From Candidatus Calescibacterium sp. (GTDB lineage: Bacteria; Calescibacteriota; Calescibacteriia; Calescibacteriales; Calescibacteriaceae), in the NCBI GenBank assembly GCA_032249135.1, contig JAVVGL010000001.1:126504-190503 (forward strand): a stretch of DNA of 64,000 bases. Direction: 5' to 3'. Each line of letters begins with the position of its first letter. Position 1 is the first letter of the stretch. The translations under genes were made by a program, and so were the position numbers. Below are positions 48,601-58,075 of the stretch, in pieces. The notes beneath the pieces were generated by a model. It worked only from the letters and a program-made list of their open reading frames with translations. It made no database searches and was not told the origin of the DNA.

Positions 48601-51600
48601 ATTCTTTTATAATGAATCAAATCTCCCAGTAAAAGCAGTAGATCCACAAGGCGGTGAATGGAATTTTGAATATAATGGAGATGGAAAAAGGATCAGGGAA
48701 ATTCTACCTTCCGGTGCCGAGACAAAGGTAATATTAGATGAAGCCGGAAGAATAGCGAGAGTTGAATTTTACGATGGAGTAATTCTTACAAGAACTTATA
48801 ACATAATGGGACTTATAGTTGAGGAATCTATAAATGGTTTAGCAACACGGTATGAATATGATCTTGCAGGTAATCCTGTAAAGGTTGTCAGCCAAGATGG
48901 CTCAATCATATTTTATGATTTTACTGGTAGAGTTACAGCTACTACTGATCCTGCTGGCAATGTAACCTTATATCAATATGACTTTTTGGGTAGGCTGATA
49001 AAAGAGGTGAAGCCAGATGGAGGAATTTATGAATACTCTTACGATTCCGAGGGTAATTTGATATCTAAAAAAGATCCTCTAGGTAACATTACAAGATATG
49101 AATATGATGCTTTGGGTCGAGTTATAAAAATCATAGACCCCAAAGGTGCTGAAACATCTTTTACATATGCCCCAAAAGGGAATGTCACTTCTATAACAGA
49201 TCCGTTGGGAAGAAAAACACTTTACTACTATGATGCTTTAGGAAATGTTACGGCGGTTGTTGATCCTTCTGAAAGGGTGACAAGATACATTTATGATTCA
49301 GCGGGAAATGTCATAGCAATTTTGGATCCTGACGGAAGGTGGGTTAGTTTCAAGTATGATACATTAGGGAGAGTTATAGAAAAAAATATCGGTGGAAGGA
49401 TTTGGAAATATAAATACGATATAGGTGGTAATCTCATATCCGTTATAGATCCTCTGGGGAATGAAACAAAATATACATACGATATTTACGGGAGAATAGT
49501 TTCAGAGGAGGATCCACTGGGCAGGGTTATACACTATAAGTATGATAAGTTCGGAAATCTTATAGAGAAAACATACCATAACAACATCAGAATATCCTAT
49601 AAGTACGATAAATTTGGGCGTGTTATAGAAAAGGTTTATCCTGACAACACAAAGGTAACTTATGAATATGATAGAGCTGGTAGGTTGGTGAGAGCAAAGA
49701 ATAAGGATATTGATATTTCAAAAACATATGATTCTATGGGTAGGATAAGAGAAAACACATTGAAACTACCTGGATTCCCATCTTTCACTATCTATTATGA
49801 ATATGATCGGCTTGGGAGGAGGACAAAAATGATAGATCCTTTTGGTGGGGTTTTCAAATATTACTATGATGAAACAGGAAACTTAATATCTCTTGTGAAC
49901 TCCGAGGGAAGGGAGTTTAGGTTTGAGTATAATCTTGCAGGTGAAAGAACGAAGGTAATATATCCTAACGGTATCGTTGCAGAATATTCATATAACGGAT
50001 GTAATGCTGGCTGCAAAAGTAGTATGAGAGTTTCTAATATAACAATAACCAAAGATGGAAAGGAATTACTGCTTTCTTTTTCTTATAAATATGATGGGAG
50101 CGGGAATGTTACAGAAGTTGAAGAACCAGATAAAATTATTTCCTATTTTTATGATGACGCTAATGAGCTTGTTGGAGTAGATGTAAAGCACAAAAGAAAG
50201 GAGGAAAAAGATTACTTGTTCAGATATTTTTATGATCTTTTTGGGAACAGGGTTGGTATGAAAATTGAATCAAAAGATGAAGGTCTCCCTTTTGACCCTA
50301 ACTTGCAAAGAACTCTGGATGGATTTCCAAAACTTAAACATCCGTTAGAAATTTTCTATCTATTTGACAATGCTAACCAAATCATTTATGAGGAGGCAAG
50401 AAGGAGGAACGGAAGTACATATTATAAAGTTTTTTATGAATTTGATCCTGTTGGGAACCTTTCAAGAAAATTAGTCCAGAATTTTGAAGGTGGCAAAGTT
50501 GAGGAATTTTTAACTGAGTACATATATAACTTTGAAAATAAACTTAAAAAGATTATCTACCAAAAAGAAGGGGAAAAGAAGGAAAACTCGTTTTTGGTTT
50601 CTGACATAGATTCAAAAGTTTATAGGAGGAGTGATAGTAAAGGGGAAGTCAAATACTTTATATATGATGGAGAGAATATTCTTGCAGAACTTGATGAGAA
50701 GGGGAATTTACTAGCAAGATATACTTTTGGTCTTGGGGTAGATGAGATTTTGGGGAAGATTGAATTTAAGAAAAAAAACGGAAAAGGGAAAAACGGGAAT
50801 GGAAAAGGCGAATCACAGAAACAGAAAAATGAATTTTTCTACCATGTGGATGGAACTTTGTCTGTAAGAGCTATAACAGATGAAAGAGGGAATTTGGTAG
50901 CAAAGTATGATTATGATCCGTTTGGACGACCATTAAAGGTATGGGGAGGGGAAGAGGCAAGGGAAAACGTATTTTTATTTGGAGGTAGGGAATATATTCC
51001 AGAGGCAGGGATTTATGATTTCAGAGCAAGGGCGATGGATCCAAGATATGGAAGATTCACGCAAAAGGATCCAGTATTGGAGGCAGGGGGAGAGGATGGT
51101 AAAAGAAGACTTATTGAAAGGGGAACATCAAAGTTGTTCTGGAATCCATATGTTTACGCTGATAACAATCCGCTCAGAAACAAAGATCCTTTTGGGCTCT
51201 ACATAATACTTTGTGATACAAGAGATAAGAGGGTATGGAGAGCAACAAGAATTGTTGATAAGAAAATATTCAAAGAAAAGTGCGTTGGAGGTGGATGGCC
51301 ATTTGGTTTGGGAAGTTGCCTCAGGAGAATTTCATATACTGTGACAATAAAATGTGCAAGAATGGATCGTTGTGGTAAAGCTTTTCATATCATAGATGTT
51401 TGGCTCAAACATGGTCTTGTCTTCAGTAAAAGTGCCGACGAAAAAACAGTAACGAACTGTTTACCATGCTTAAAATCAATGACAATAGAAGAGGTAATTG
51501 CATCAACTATATTACATGAAATGGTACATGTCTGCTGCAGGGGTGAGAATACTGCGGATAGGTGTGAGAGAAAATGTTTTTGTGGTTCGGACGAAAAATG

Positions 51601-51607
51601 TCCATAA
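45653..51607 (+). CDS. RHS/YD-repeat polymorphic toxin with C-terminal HExxH Cys-rich toxin domain (annotated from internal TTG; probable true start ATG 45457 via the repeat tract)
   Basis: >40 YD repeats (YDxxGNLxxxxDPxGxxxxYxYD). RHS-associated core ending at the DPxGL motif (RNKDPFGLY, ~nt 51185). ~140-aa variable C-terminal domain with ILHEMVHVCC. An in-frame lipoprotein signal peptide (...LLFIFSCQKES) lies upstream and lacks a canonical start in that frame. Confidence 0.85.
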   Translation: MKIVIPDGALDEPKEIEIKKVKMKGAVGPAFQISPDIKFKIPAEISIKYENNSNINIKTQQKIKEEEFLRIAFYDNDNKTWVPYESYFDGQRVFAKTDHLSTWAIVSDMLFPDPSSSFSSSSSYEPPAGEVPPLKVEEFSVQNFRMSSRFSQKSESELSYEEFSIGNFASILRVDEEGNVWFAEHGFLNQYATYIGKLDTRTGQVKLWWLPAGNWVSDIEVKGRYVWIVLRLGPDLVRFNMDTETFKYFRVPSYIGSWPYEIDFDGDGNIWMTVTVGRAVAKFDVRQESFVFYFRIPVGWWTAGVKVDGNKVWVTETYSCVGPFIYYVNEGRLKQLYPSERFCPGTFYILEGKAVGGMGGDRLGILDEEGVLDVHGIGLEFSGWMGVRKEDRSVWAGGNNYVFWYSVGERMIRGRANFESGAGVIAVEVDFEGNAWAILRNVKKVVKIKSKPVVLGCDKTCGGGDEQTPLVHIGHNLHVNLVSGNLYEVFPLFEFDPDSLGLQVSLIYNSLDESSSSLGPRWRTNWDIRIIPKGEDLILIWEDGKRIIYKKVSQGTWISDERTAFKSIPKITFDGSNYILHQRGGTIRKFDNEGKIILIEDRRGNRWNFIYEGNLLVKIVDPVGRNIEFKYSDGKLKSIRDPIGNEWEFSYDESGRLAAIKDPLGGTTHYIYDNMNRIIEKKDALGVPLRIVYDEKGRVAKSIDMKGHELSIAYSGNTVILTSRRGITQRIEVDSNLNVIKLQSDQLGNTYRFEYDERGNLIKQITPSGLKFEYKYDDEGNLVQIKEPTGATKSYKYNQFGDIVEYKNEAGGIWRYEYDEKGNLIKEIDPVGREKKFFYSTLGNLTATIDQLGRVWRYSYDEYGHLKEEIDPLGNVRKYSYDILGRLISQKSPRGYTVTYEYDALGRLIKFTDQLGNSFIRVYNSRGEVIYKEDPHEGRLRLYYDYNMNLTAVVDELERIGYMNYDHDGNLIEKIDFGGGRWVFFYNESNLPVKAVDPQGGEWNFEYNGDGKRIREILPSGAETKVILDEAGRIARVEFYDGVILTRTYNIMGLIVEESINGLATRYEYDLAGNPVKVVSQDGSIIFYDFTGRVTATTDPAGNVTLYQYDFLGRLIKEVKPDGGIYEYSYDSEGNLISKKDPLGNITRYEYDALGRVIKIIDPKGAETSFTYAPKGNVTSITDPLGRKTLYYYDALGNVTAVVDPSERVTRYIYDSAGNVIAILDPDGRWVSFKYDTLGRVIEKNIGGRIWKYKYDIGGNLISVIDPLGNETKYTYDIYGRIVSEEDPLGRVIHYKYDKFGNLIEKTYHNNIRISYKYDKFGRVIEKVYPDNTKVTYEYDRAGRLVRAKNKDIDISKTYDSMGRIRENTLKLPGFPSFTIYYEYDRLGRRTKMIDPFGGVFKYYYDETGNLISLVNSEGREFRFEYNLAGERTKVIYPNGIVAEYSYNGCNAGCKSSMRVSNITITKDGKELLLSFSYKYDGSGNVTEVEEPDKIISYFYDDANELVGVDVKHKRKEEKDYLFRYFYDLFGNRVGMKIESKDEGLPFDPNLQRTLDGFPKLKHPLEIFYLFDNANQIIYEEARRRNGSTYYKVFYEFDPVGNLSRKLVQNFEGGKVEEFLTEYIYNFENKLKKIIYQKEGEKKENSFLVSDIDSKVYRRSDSKGEVKYFIYDGENILAELDEKGNLLARYTFGLGVDEILGKIEFKKKNGKGKNGNGKGESQKQKNEFFYHVDGTLSVRAITDERGNLVAKYDYDPFGRPLKVWGGEEARENVFLFGGREYIPEAGIYDFRARAMDPRYGRFTQKDPVLEAGGEDGKRRLIERGTSKLFWNPYVYADNNPLRNKDPFGLYIILCDTRDKRVWRATRIVDKKIFKEKCVGGGWPFGLGSCLRRISYTVTIKCARMDRCGKAFHIIDVWLKHGLVFSKSADEKTVTNCLPCLKSMTIEEVIASTILHEMVHVCCRGENTADRCERKCFCGSDEKCP

Positions 51608-52731
51608 ACCATAGCATGGTTCCGTTTTTTCTATTTCTGTTATTATTATTTTATTTCCCACTTTCATTTCATAGTTGTATTACTTATTGGTGTCATTATA
51701 CTCCCAATTATGATCCAGTGTATATTGAAGGTAAAATTTATTTCGTTGATGTTAGGGGAACGCTTTACATCATAGACCAACAAGGTAAAGTAGATAAGAT
51801 AAAATTGGTAAAGGAAGGAGAAAAGGTAGAGGAATGGGGGATATTTTATCGTCCAATAGTACCTTGTGGCAACAGAATTTTTATAAACATAAAAGAGCAA
51901 AGCATCATATCACTGAACTACCAAGGCGAACTAACAGAATATAAGGTTGAAGAAGCTAAATTTTCTCCTTACTTCTTCCTCTATTGCACAACACAAGGCT
52001 TATTTATGATAAACCAGGATATTATGATTCCCCCAGATAATAGAATAATGAGAATTTTTGACATCTCTGACTTACTTTCTCCAAATAGGGAAATAAAACC
52101 AAAACTTTTAGGCGAATTTGATAAAGTTTGCGAACCTCTTGGAATCAGAAATTTCTTTCCTTTTCCTTCTTCCAATATTTGGCTTATTTGCCGAGATAAA
52201 AACTATAATTATAAAGTTTTCAAATTTGATCCTCAAACCTCCAATTTTTTTGAAGTATCAGAGTTTGCAGGATTGTATTCAACTTTGATTTATGATAGTA
52301 TAATAATACGTGTCAAAGGATTTTGGAGTGAAGGTAAGTATATTTATGCTATTATAGCAAGAGACATAAGTGGAAATTTATTATGGAAAAGAGAATTTGA
52401 TCACTACTGGGAAAGATCATTTTTAATTGGAGGAGCAATAGTAATGTTAAGACAGGATATTAAAGAACATCATAGGCAAATCAAAACAATTTTGGAAAAA
52501 TATATTTTCCTATCTCCTTATACCGGTGAAGTACTTTTAGAGAAGGATATAAGATTTGAGGTACCAGGATATATAATTGGTGAAGAAATAACTCCTGAAT
52601 GGGAACTTTATATCATATGGATTAATGAAGAAAAAGCAAAAAAGGAGATATTGCTACTTGATCTGAAAAATGGTGGAGTAAAATGGAAATTAGATTTAGA
52701 TTTCGCTCCTCCCACGTGCATTAAAAAATAA
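51598..52731 (+). CDS. Lipoprotein, paralog A of a tandem pair downstream of the RHS toxin (candidate immunity protein)
   Basis: Probable start ATG 51598 (MSINHSMVPFFLFLLLLFYFPLSFHSC...), overlapping the RHS stop codon as ATGTCCATAA. Shares blocks with the next ORF (IISLNYQGELTEYKVEEAKF vs IISVDFEGNITKRYNLDFKEEF; C-termini LLLDLKNGGVKWKLDLDFAPPTC vs LLKLDLKEGKMEWNTEINFTEPEC). Confidence 0.55.
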   Translation: MSINHSMVPFFLFLLLLFYFPLSFHSCITYWCHYTPNYDPVYIEGKIYFVDVRGTLYIIDQQGKVDKIKLVKEGEKVEEWGIFYRPIVPCGNRIFINIKEQSIISLNYQGELTEYKVEEAKFSPYFFLYCTTQGLFMINQDIMIPPDNRIMRIFDISDLLSPNREIKPKLLGEFDKVCEPLGIRNFFPFPSSNIWLICRDKNYNYKVFKFDPQTSNFFEVSEFAGLYSTLIYDSIIIRVKGFWSEGKYIYAIIARDISGNLLWKREFDHYWERSFLIGGAIVMLRQDIKEHHRQIKTILEKYIFLSPYTGEVLLEKDIRFEVPGYIIGEEITPEWELYIIWINEEKAKKEILLLDLKNGGVKWKLDLDFAPPTCIKK

Positions 52732-52747
52732 TGAATAGTTTAGAAAA

Positions 52748-54079
52748 ATGCATTTGTATAATATAGTTGTACTAATACTAATTTTAATCTTTAATCTTTT
52801 AATCTTTACTCCATTTTGCTCCAATGATCAGGTCTTAAAGGAAGTTTTTTCTTGTCTTACTAGGTGGTATATTGAATGTACACATCCTCCATACGAGTTA
52901 TTACTCTGCAAAGATAAAATTCTTTTCTTAGATAGAAATGGAAGGCTTTGGAGCATTTCATCATCTGGTAATATAGATTGGGTAAAAAATACCGGCATTA
53001 AGAGAAATTTTTATGATGCTCTGCTAGCATGTGATGACTTTTCCATATATGTGGTCTCCAAAAACCAAATCATATCAGTTGATTTTGAAGGAAATATCAC
53101 AAAAAGATATAACCTTGATTTCAAAGAAGAGTTTCATTTCAATGATGCTGTATTTATTGGCAAGAAACTAATTTTAATCTCACGGAGAAAAATTCTTGCT
53201 TTTGATATTGATAAATGGAAAATGATATGGGTAAAAGATGCTACTGAAAACTCTTTTCAGGATTTCACCTCTATTTCAGAAAATCAAGCTATTTTCTCTT
53301 CTAATTCAAACATATATAAGATAGACTTGCAAACAGGTGATGTAATCAACAAAATCTCATTAGAGGATTACTTCAAAGAAGAAAGATGTATTTTTCATAT
53401 GCCTGTGGTGAATAAAGATTATGGTTATGTAGATGGTGTCTATTACTATCATGAAAACAAGTATCCTTCGCCACTATCTTATATATGGTTAAGATGTTAT
53501 TATTACATTGATGGTAAAAGAAAAGAAAAGATTTTAGGTATTGAACCTGAAAATTTCAATATAGTCTTTCCTCCAACTGAAATTCCTAAATTCGGTCAGG
53601 TAGTTGGGATTTTTCAAGATAAATTGATTCTCGCAGATAATTTTCAAAATGGCAGCACCATCACTCTATACGCTTTGAGCGTTACCGGAGAAATTTTGTG
53701 GGAAAGAAAAATAGAAGGAATTGAATTTTTTGGTACAGTTCAACCTGGAGATGTTACAATTTATATATCAAAAGGTTACAAGACAATATTTTTAGTTTAT
53801 CCCTTTACCGGGGAAATTTTACATAAGACCACTGATATAAATATCAATTTTCATACTTTTACAAGAAAAGGAGCAGATGAAATAGGTGAGCTTTTAGATA
53901 TAAAGAATGCAAAGTTGTATCTTTTATGGATTTACGGAGATGCATATGAGGAGAGAAAAGAAAGGAAAGGACTTTTGAAATTAGATTTGAAAGAAGGGAA
54001 AATGGAATGGAATACTGAGATAAACTTTACCGAACCAGAGTGTCATAGAGATAAGATGCCAATAAGGTGGTATAGATAA
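52748..54079 (+). CDS. Lipoprotein, paralog B of the tandem pair downstream of the RHS toxin
   Basis: Signal peptide MHLYNIVVLILILIFNLLIFTPFCSND. Shares sequence blocks along its length with the preceding ORF. Beta-rich repeat appearance. Confidence 0.55.
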   Translation: MHLYNIVVLILILIFNLLIFTPFCSNDQVLKEVFSCLTRWYIECTHPPYELLLCKDKILFLDRNGRLWSISSSGNIDWVKNTGIKRNFYDALLACDDFSIYVVSKNQIISVDFEGNITKRYNLDFKEEFHFNDAVFIGKKLILISRRKILAFDIDKWKMIWVKDATENSFQDFTSISENQAIFSSNSNIYKIDLQTGDVINKISLEDYFKEERCIFHMPVVNKDYGYVDGVYYYHENKYPSPLSYIWLRCYYYIDGKRKEKILGIEPENFNIVFPPTEIPKFGQVVGIFQDKLILADNFQNGSTITLYALSVTGEILWERKIEGIEFFGTVQPGDVTIYISKGYKTIFLVYPFTGEILHKTTDININFHTFTRKGADEIGELLDIKNAKLYLLWIYGDAYEERKERKGLLKLDLKEGKMEWNTEINFTEPECHRDKMPIRWYR

Positions 54080-54093
54080 CCTACAACAAACTA

Positions 54094-54504
54094 CTACTTA
54101 TCTGATGATTTTTCTTCTTCTGTTTTTGGTTTCAATCTTTGTTTTATTTCTGGTAAAACCTTTTCTGCTATATCTGGAATAAGGTTTATCGCTTTTTCTA
54201 AAAGTGCGGATTGCGGTTTTGATGTTGAATGAAATACGGCTTGACCTTCATCTGTTATGACAAGCAATCCTATTGGCTCAACCGATATAGCTCCACCAGA
54301 AGCCCCGATTTCTTTTTCAGACCGAGAACCAGCCATAAATCCTATCTTCAACTTAGAAAGTGGAATAATACATGCTTTCCCAACTGTTATAGGCTTTCCG
54401 ACAATTGTTTCGGAACTTACCACATCTTTTATTCTCTGAAACAGAGAATCAAGAATACTCTCAAGACCCGATGTATTACTTTTCCCTTTTTCTTTTTCCT
54501 CCAT
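54094..54504 (-). CDS. GerW/YtfJ-family protein
   Basis: ...VVSSETIVGKPITVGKACIIPLSKLKIGFMAGSRSEKEIGASGGAISVEPIGLLVITDEGQAVF matches the GerW (YtfJ_HI0045) family core. Confidence 0.65.
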   Translation of the reverse strand: MEEKEKGKSNTSGLESILDSLFQRIKDVVSSETIVGKPITVGKACIIPLSKLKIGFMAGSRSEKEIGASGGAISVEPIGLLVITDEGQAVFHSTSKPQSALLEKAINLIPDIAEKVLPEIKQRLKPKTEEEKSSDK

Positions 54505-54608
54505 AATAAAGAAATTAAAAATAAAAGCTGCTTTTTTCTTGCTTTTGCAAGAAAAGCTTTATTTTAAAAAAACATAATCTAAAACAGTGAGCTTTAATAT
54601 TTTTTACT

Positions 54609-56186
54609 ATGGTGATATTTTTTATCACAATCATAATGTTTTTTACGGAGTATGTACACCCCGCAAAAATCCTATCAACTTTCCCGACTTTTCAAGATAG
54701 CACCCCAGTAGAGAGAATAATCAAAAGGTTCCTCAATCCAGAAGAAGAACAAAAAGGGAAAGAGGAAAAAATGAAAAATGAAAAAGAAGAAGAAAAAGAA
54801 GATAAAGCAAAGGGAAAAGAAAAAAACAAAGAAGACGAAAATAAAAAAGACAAAAGCATCATAGAAAGCAAAAAAAAGAGTGATTCAGAAGAAACTATTC
54901 AAAAAGCTCCAGAAGTAAGAAAGAATTTATCTGATAAAGTTTATGTAATCCAGGTTGAAGGTGCGATAAGTCCGCCGGTTGCTGAATTTATAGTAGAAGG
55001 AATAGAAACTGCCCAGAAGGAAGGAGCAAAACTTATTGTAATTCTTCTTGATACACCGGGGGGCTTAGATCTTTCAATGCGTAAGATAATTCAAGCAATA
55101 GAATCATCGTATGTTCCCGTTTGTGTTTTTGTCTGGCCTGTTGGAGCTCGTGCAGCATCTGCAGGAACATTCATAACTATTTCAGCTCATATTGCAGCTA
55201 TGGCTCCCGGAACATCAATAGGAGCAGCTTCACCAGTTATGATGGGGGGACAGCAAATAGATGAAAAACTCAGAAAAAAGATAGAAAATGACGCAATTGC
55301 ATATATAAAGGCACTTGGAGAAAGGCACGGAAGGAATACAGAATGGCTCGAAAAAGCTGTAAAAGAAGCAGCAACTCTAACAGCAGAAGAAGCTTTGAAA
55401 AATAATGTAATTGATATTATTGCTGAGAGCATCTCTGAACTTATAAAGAAAATAAATGGGATGAAAGTAAAAACTCCCGCAGGTGAGATTGCAATTGAAA
55501 TCTCAAACTATGAGATAGTAAGATTTGAACAGAACATAAAACATAGAGTATTGAGGGTTATATCAGATCCAAACATAGCATATATTCTTCTTATGATAGG
55601 AATATGGGGCATATTTTTTGAACTTGCAAACCCAGGTGCTATTTTTCCGGGAGTAATAGGCGCAATATGTCTTATTTTAGGACTATATTCTCTTCAAACC
55701 CTCCCTGTAAATTGGGCTGGACTTTTACTAATTGTTATGGCTATAATTCTCTTTTTGCTTGAAGTCAAATTCCAATCTGCTGGAATTTTAGCTCTTGCAG
55801 GAATAGGTAGCATGATTTTAGGTTCCTTGATGCTTTTCAAATCTCCCGAGCCTTTTTTACGTGCCTCCATGAAAGTGATAATTTCATCAACATTAGCAAC
55901 TGCTGCGTTTTTTGTTTTTGTAGCATACAAAGGTTTGAAAGCTCAGATGAGAAAATCCTTTGTAGGTCTTGAAAGCCTAATAGGTGAAGTCGGAGAAGCA
56001 ATAGCTGACTTTAAAGATGGAAAAGGAAAAATTTTCATATCAGGAGAGATATGGGATGCAGAGCTTAACTCACCACACCAGGAAGAAATAAAGAAAGGAG
56101 AAAAAGTGAAGATTATTAATGCAACTGGAATGAAGCTCATAGTAGAAAAAATAGATAGGAAAGGGAATCAACAAAACAAAAACTAA
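54609..56186 (+). CDS. NfeD-family membrane-bound ClpP-class serine protease (long form with C-terminal OB domain)
   Basis: ClpP-like domain YVIQVEGAISPPVAEFIVEGIE...IVILLDTPGGLDLSMRKIIQAI...AASAGTFITISAHIAAMAPGTSIGAASPV, then 4 TM helices and a C-terminal NfeD beta-barrel. Lys/Glu-rich N-terminal insertion. No SPFH/stomatin partner adjacent. Confidence 0.8.
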   Translation: MVIFFITIIMFFTEYVHPAKILSTFPTFQDSTPVERIIKRFLNPEEEQKGKEEKMKNEKEEEKEDKAKGKEKNKEDENKKDKSIIESKKKSDSEETIQKAPEVRKNLSDKVYVIQVEGAISPPVAEFIVEGIETAQKEGAKLIVILLDTPGGLDLSMRKIIQAIESSYVPVCVFVWPVGARAASAGTFITISAHIAAMAPGTSIGAASPVMMGGQQIDEKLRKKIENDAIAYIKALGERHGRNTEWLEKAVKEAATLTAEEALKNNVIDIIAESISELIKKINGMKVKTPAGEIAIEISNYEIVRFEQNIKHRVLRVISDPNIAYILLMIGIWGIFFELANPGAIFPGVIGAICLILGLYSLQTLPVNWAGLLLIVMAIILFLLEVKFQSAGILALAGIGSMILGSLMLFKSPEPFLRASMKVIISSTLATAAFFVFVAYKGLKAQMRKSFVGLESLIGEVGEAIADFKDGKGKIFISGEIWDAELNSPHQEEIKKGEKVKIINATGMKLIVEKIDRKGNQQNKN

Positions 56187-56224
56187 AAAGCAAAAACATA
56201 AACAAAAAATAATCACCGAAAACT

Positions 56225-56974
56225 ATGTTAGTAATACCATCAATAGATATAAAAGAAGGAAGAGTTGTAAGATTGTTTCAGGGACAACCAGATAAAGAGA
56301 TAATATCAATTCCTAATCCCGAAGAAGTTGCAAAGACGTGGAAGGAAAGAGGGGCAAAACTTGTCCATATCGTAGATATTGACGCAGCTTTCGGAAAAGA
56401 AAACCAGGTAAAAATAATAGAAAAAGTTATAAATTCTGGTCCCAAAGCAACAGTAGGAGGAGGAATAAGAGATTTCAAAACAGCAGAACTTTACATAAAA
56501 ATGGGAGCCTTTGCAGTCGTTGTATCAACCATGTTCTTTGAGAACAAAAAAGATTTTATGAAACTCCAAGAGCTCTATCCAGAAAAAATAATTTTAGCAT
56601 TTGATTTTGATGAAAATTTCCGTGTATCTATAAGAGGTTGGCAAAATAAAACAGAACTTTCTGTTGCTGATAAATCAAAAATAGAAAAGTTAGATTTAGA
56701 GAAAATAAAGGGTTTTTTATTTACCGCTGTTTTCAGAGATGGAACTTCAAATGGAGTAGCAAAAGAACACTTTCGGAAAATTTCCGAAGTTTTCAAAATA
56801 AAAGAAGTAAAAGAAAAAGAAGAGGAGAAGAAGGAAAAAGATCAAAAAATCTTTATAGCATCTGGAGGTATAAGTTCTTACGAAGACCTAAAATTCTTGA
56901 AAGATCTTGGATTCTGGGGAGCCGTTGTTGGAAGAGCATTCTATGAAGGAAAAATTAATGTTTTTGAGATTTAA
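56225..56974 (+). CDS. hisA: HisA-family (beta/alpha)8 ProFAR isomerase
   Basis: N-terminus MLVIPSIDIKEGRVVRLFQG (catalytic Asp8). C-terminal IASGGISSYEDLKFLKDLGFWGAVVGRAFYEG phosphate-binding motif. Contains a KEKEEEKKEKDQK insertion. No other his genes adjacent. Confidence 0.7.
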   Translation: MLVIPSIDIKEGRVVRLFQGQPDKEIISIPNPEEVAKTWKERGAKLVHIVDIDAAFGKENQVKIIEKVINSGPKATVGGGIRDFKTAELYIKMGAFAVVVSTMFFENKKDFMKLQELYPEKIILAFDFDENFRVSIRGWQNKTELSVADKSKIEKLDLEKIKGFLFTAVFRDGTSNGVAKEHFRKISEVFKIKEVKEKEEEKKEKDQKIFIASGGISSYEDLKFLKDLGFWGAVVGRAFYEGKINVFEI

Positions 56975-57092
56975 ATAAAAAAACAAAAATTAAAATGAGA
57001 AAAGGTAAGAAGATAAAAAGGGAAAAAATAAAGGAATGAAAAATAAGAAAGAAAAAATAAAGAAATGAAAAATAAAAAATTAAAGTTCAATT

Positions 57093-58031
57093 ATGGAGGA
57101 TAAAAAAATAAAACTTATTGTGAATCCAAAATCAGGCGGAGGTGATGGCAAAAAGATTGCAAATTACATATCAGAAAAATATCAGCATCTATTTTCTGAA
57201 ATAGTTTTTACCTCCGGTCCAGGTGAAGCAATAGATTTAGCTAAAAACTCTGAGAACTTTGACGCAGTGTGTTTGATAGGAGGAGACGGAACACTAAATG
57301 AAGTTATAAATGGAGTAATGCAAATAGATGAGAAAAAAAGACCAAAGGTAGGAATAATTCCGGTTGGGACAGGAAATGATTTCATAAAAACAATTGGAAT
57401 AAGCAAAAATCCAGATGACGCTATAACGACAATTTTAAACATGAAAACAAAAAAGTTAGATGTTGCAATTTGTAAATTTTTAGATTTTTCAGGTAAACCC
57501 CAAAAAAGATACTACATAAATATAGCGGAATTCGGAATGGGAGGTGAAGTTGCAAATCTTGTAAATAAATATGGTAAAATATTTAAAGGAACTATTCCAT
57601 TTTTATTATTTGCTCTCGTATGTAATTTCACATTCAAAAACAAAACCGTGAGAATAAAAACAGATTGCGAGGATGAAAAATTTCAAGATATTGAAGCAAA
57701 TATAAGAGTTGTCGCAGTAGCAAACGGTAAATTTTACGGAGGAGGAATGCAGATAGCTCCATACGCACAACCAGATGATGAATTACTTGACGTAGTCATA
57801 GTAAAAGATATGAACTCTATTGAAACTTTAAAAAACCTTCCCCTCCTTTACAAAGGAGAAAAAGGAGTGGAACAAGCGAAGAAAACAGGGAAGGTTCTTT
57901 ATTTTAGAGCAAAAAAAGTTGAGGTTTTTGAAGCTGAAAATCTTATGATAGAGATGGAGGGAGAAGTTCCAGGACACACTCCAAAATATTTTGAAATAAT
58001 ACCAAAAAGTATAGATTTCATAATCCCATAA
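57093..58031 (+). CDS. Diacylglycerol-kinase catalytic-domain lipid kinase (YegS/BmrU family)
   Basis: KIKLIVNPKSGGG and CLIGGDGTLNEVINGV motifs of the DAGK_cat fold. Confidence 0.8.
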   Translation: MEDKKIKLIVNPKSGGGDGKKIANYISEKYQHLFSEIVFTSGPGEAIDLAKNSENFDAVCLIGGDGTLNEVINGVMQIDEKKRPKVGIIPVGTGNDFIKTIGISKNPDDAITTILNMKTKKLDVAICKFLDFSGKPQKRYYINIAEFGMGGEVANLVNKYGKIFKGTIPFLLFALVCNFTFKNKTVRIKTDCEDEKFQDIEANIRVVAVANGKFYGGGMQIAPYAQPDDELLDVVIVKDMNSIETLKNLPLLYKGEKGVEQAKKTGKVLYFRAKKVEVFEAENLMIEMEGEVPGHTPKYFEIIPKSIDFIIP

Positions 58032-58075
58032 TTTACTGTAAATTACATTAAAAGTATAAGATAAGGAGATAAAAA

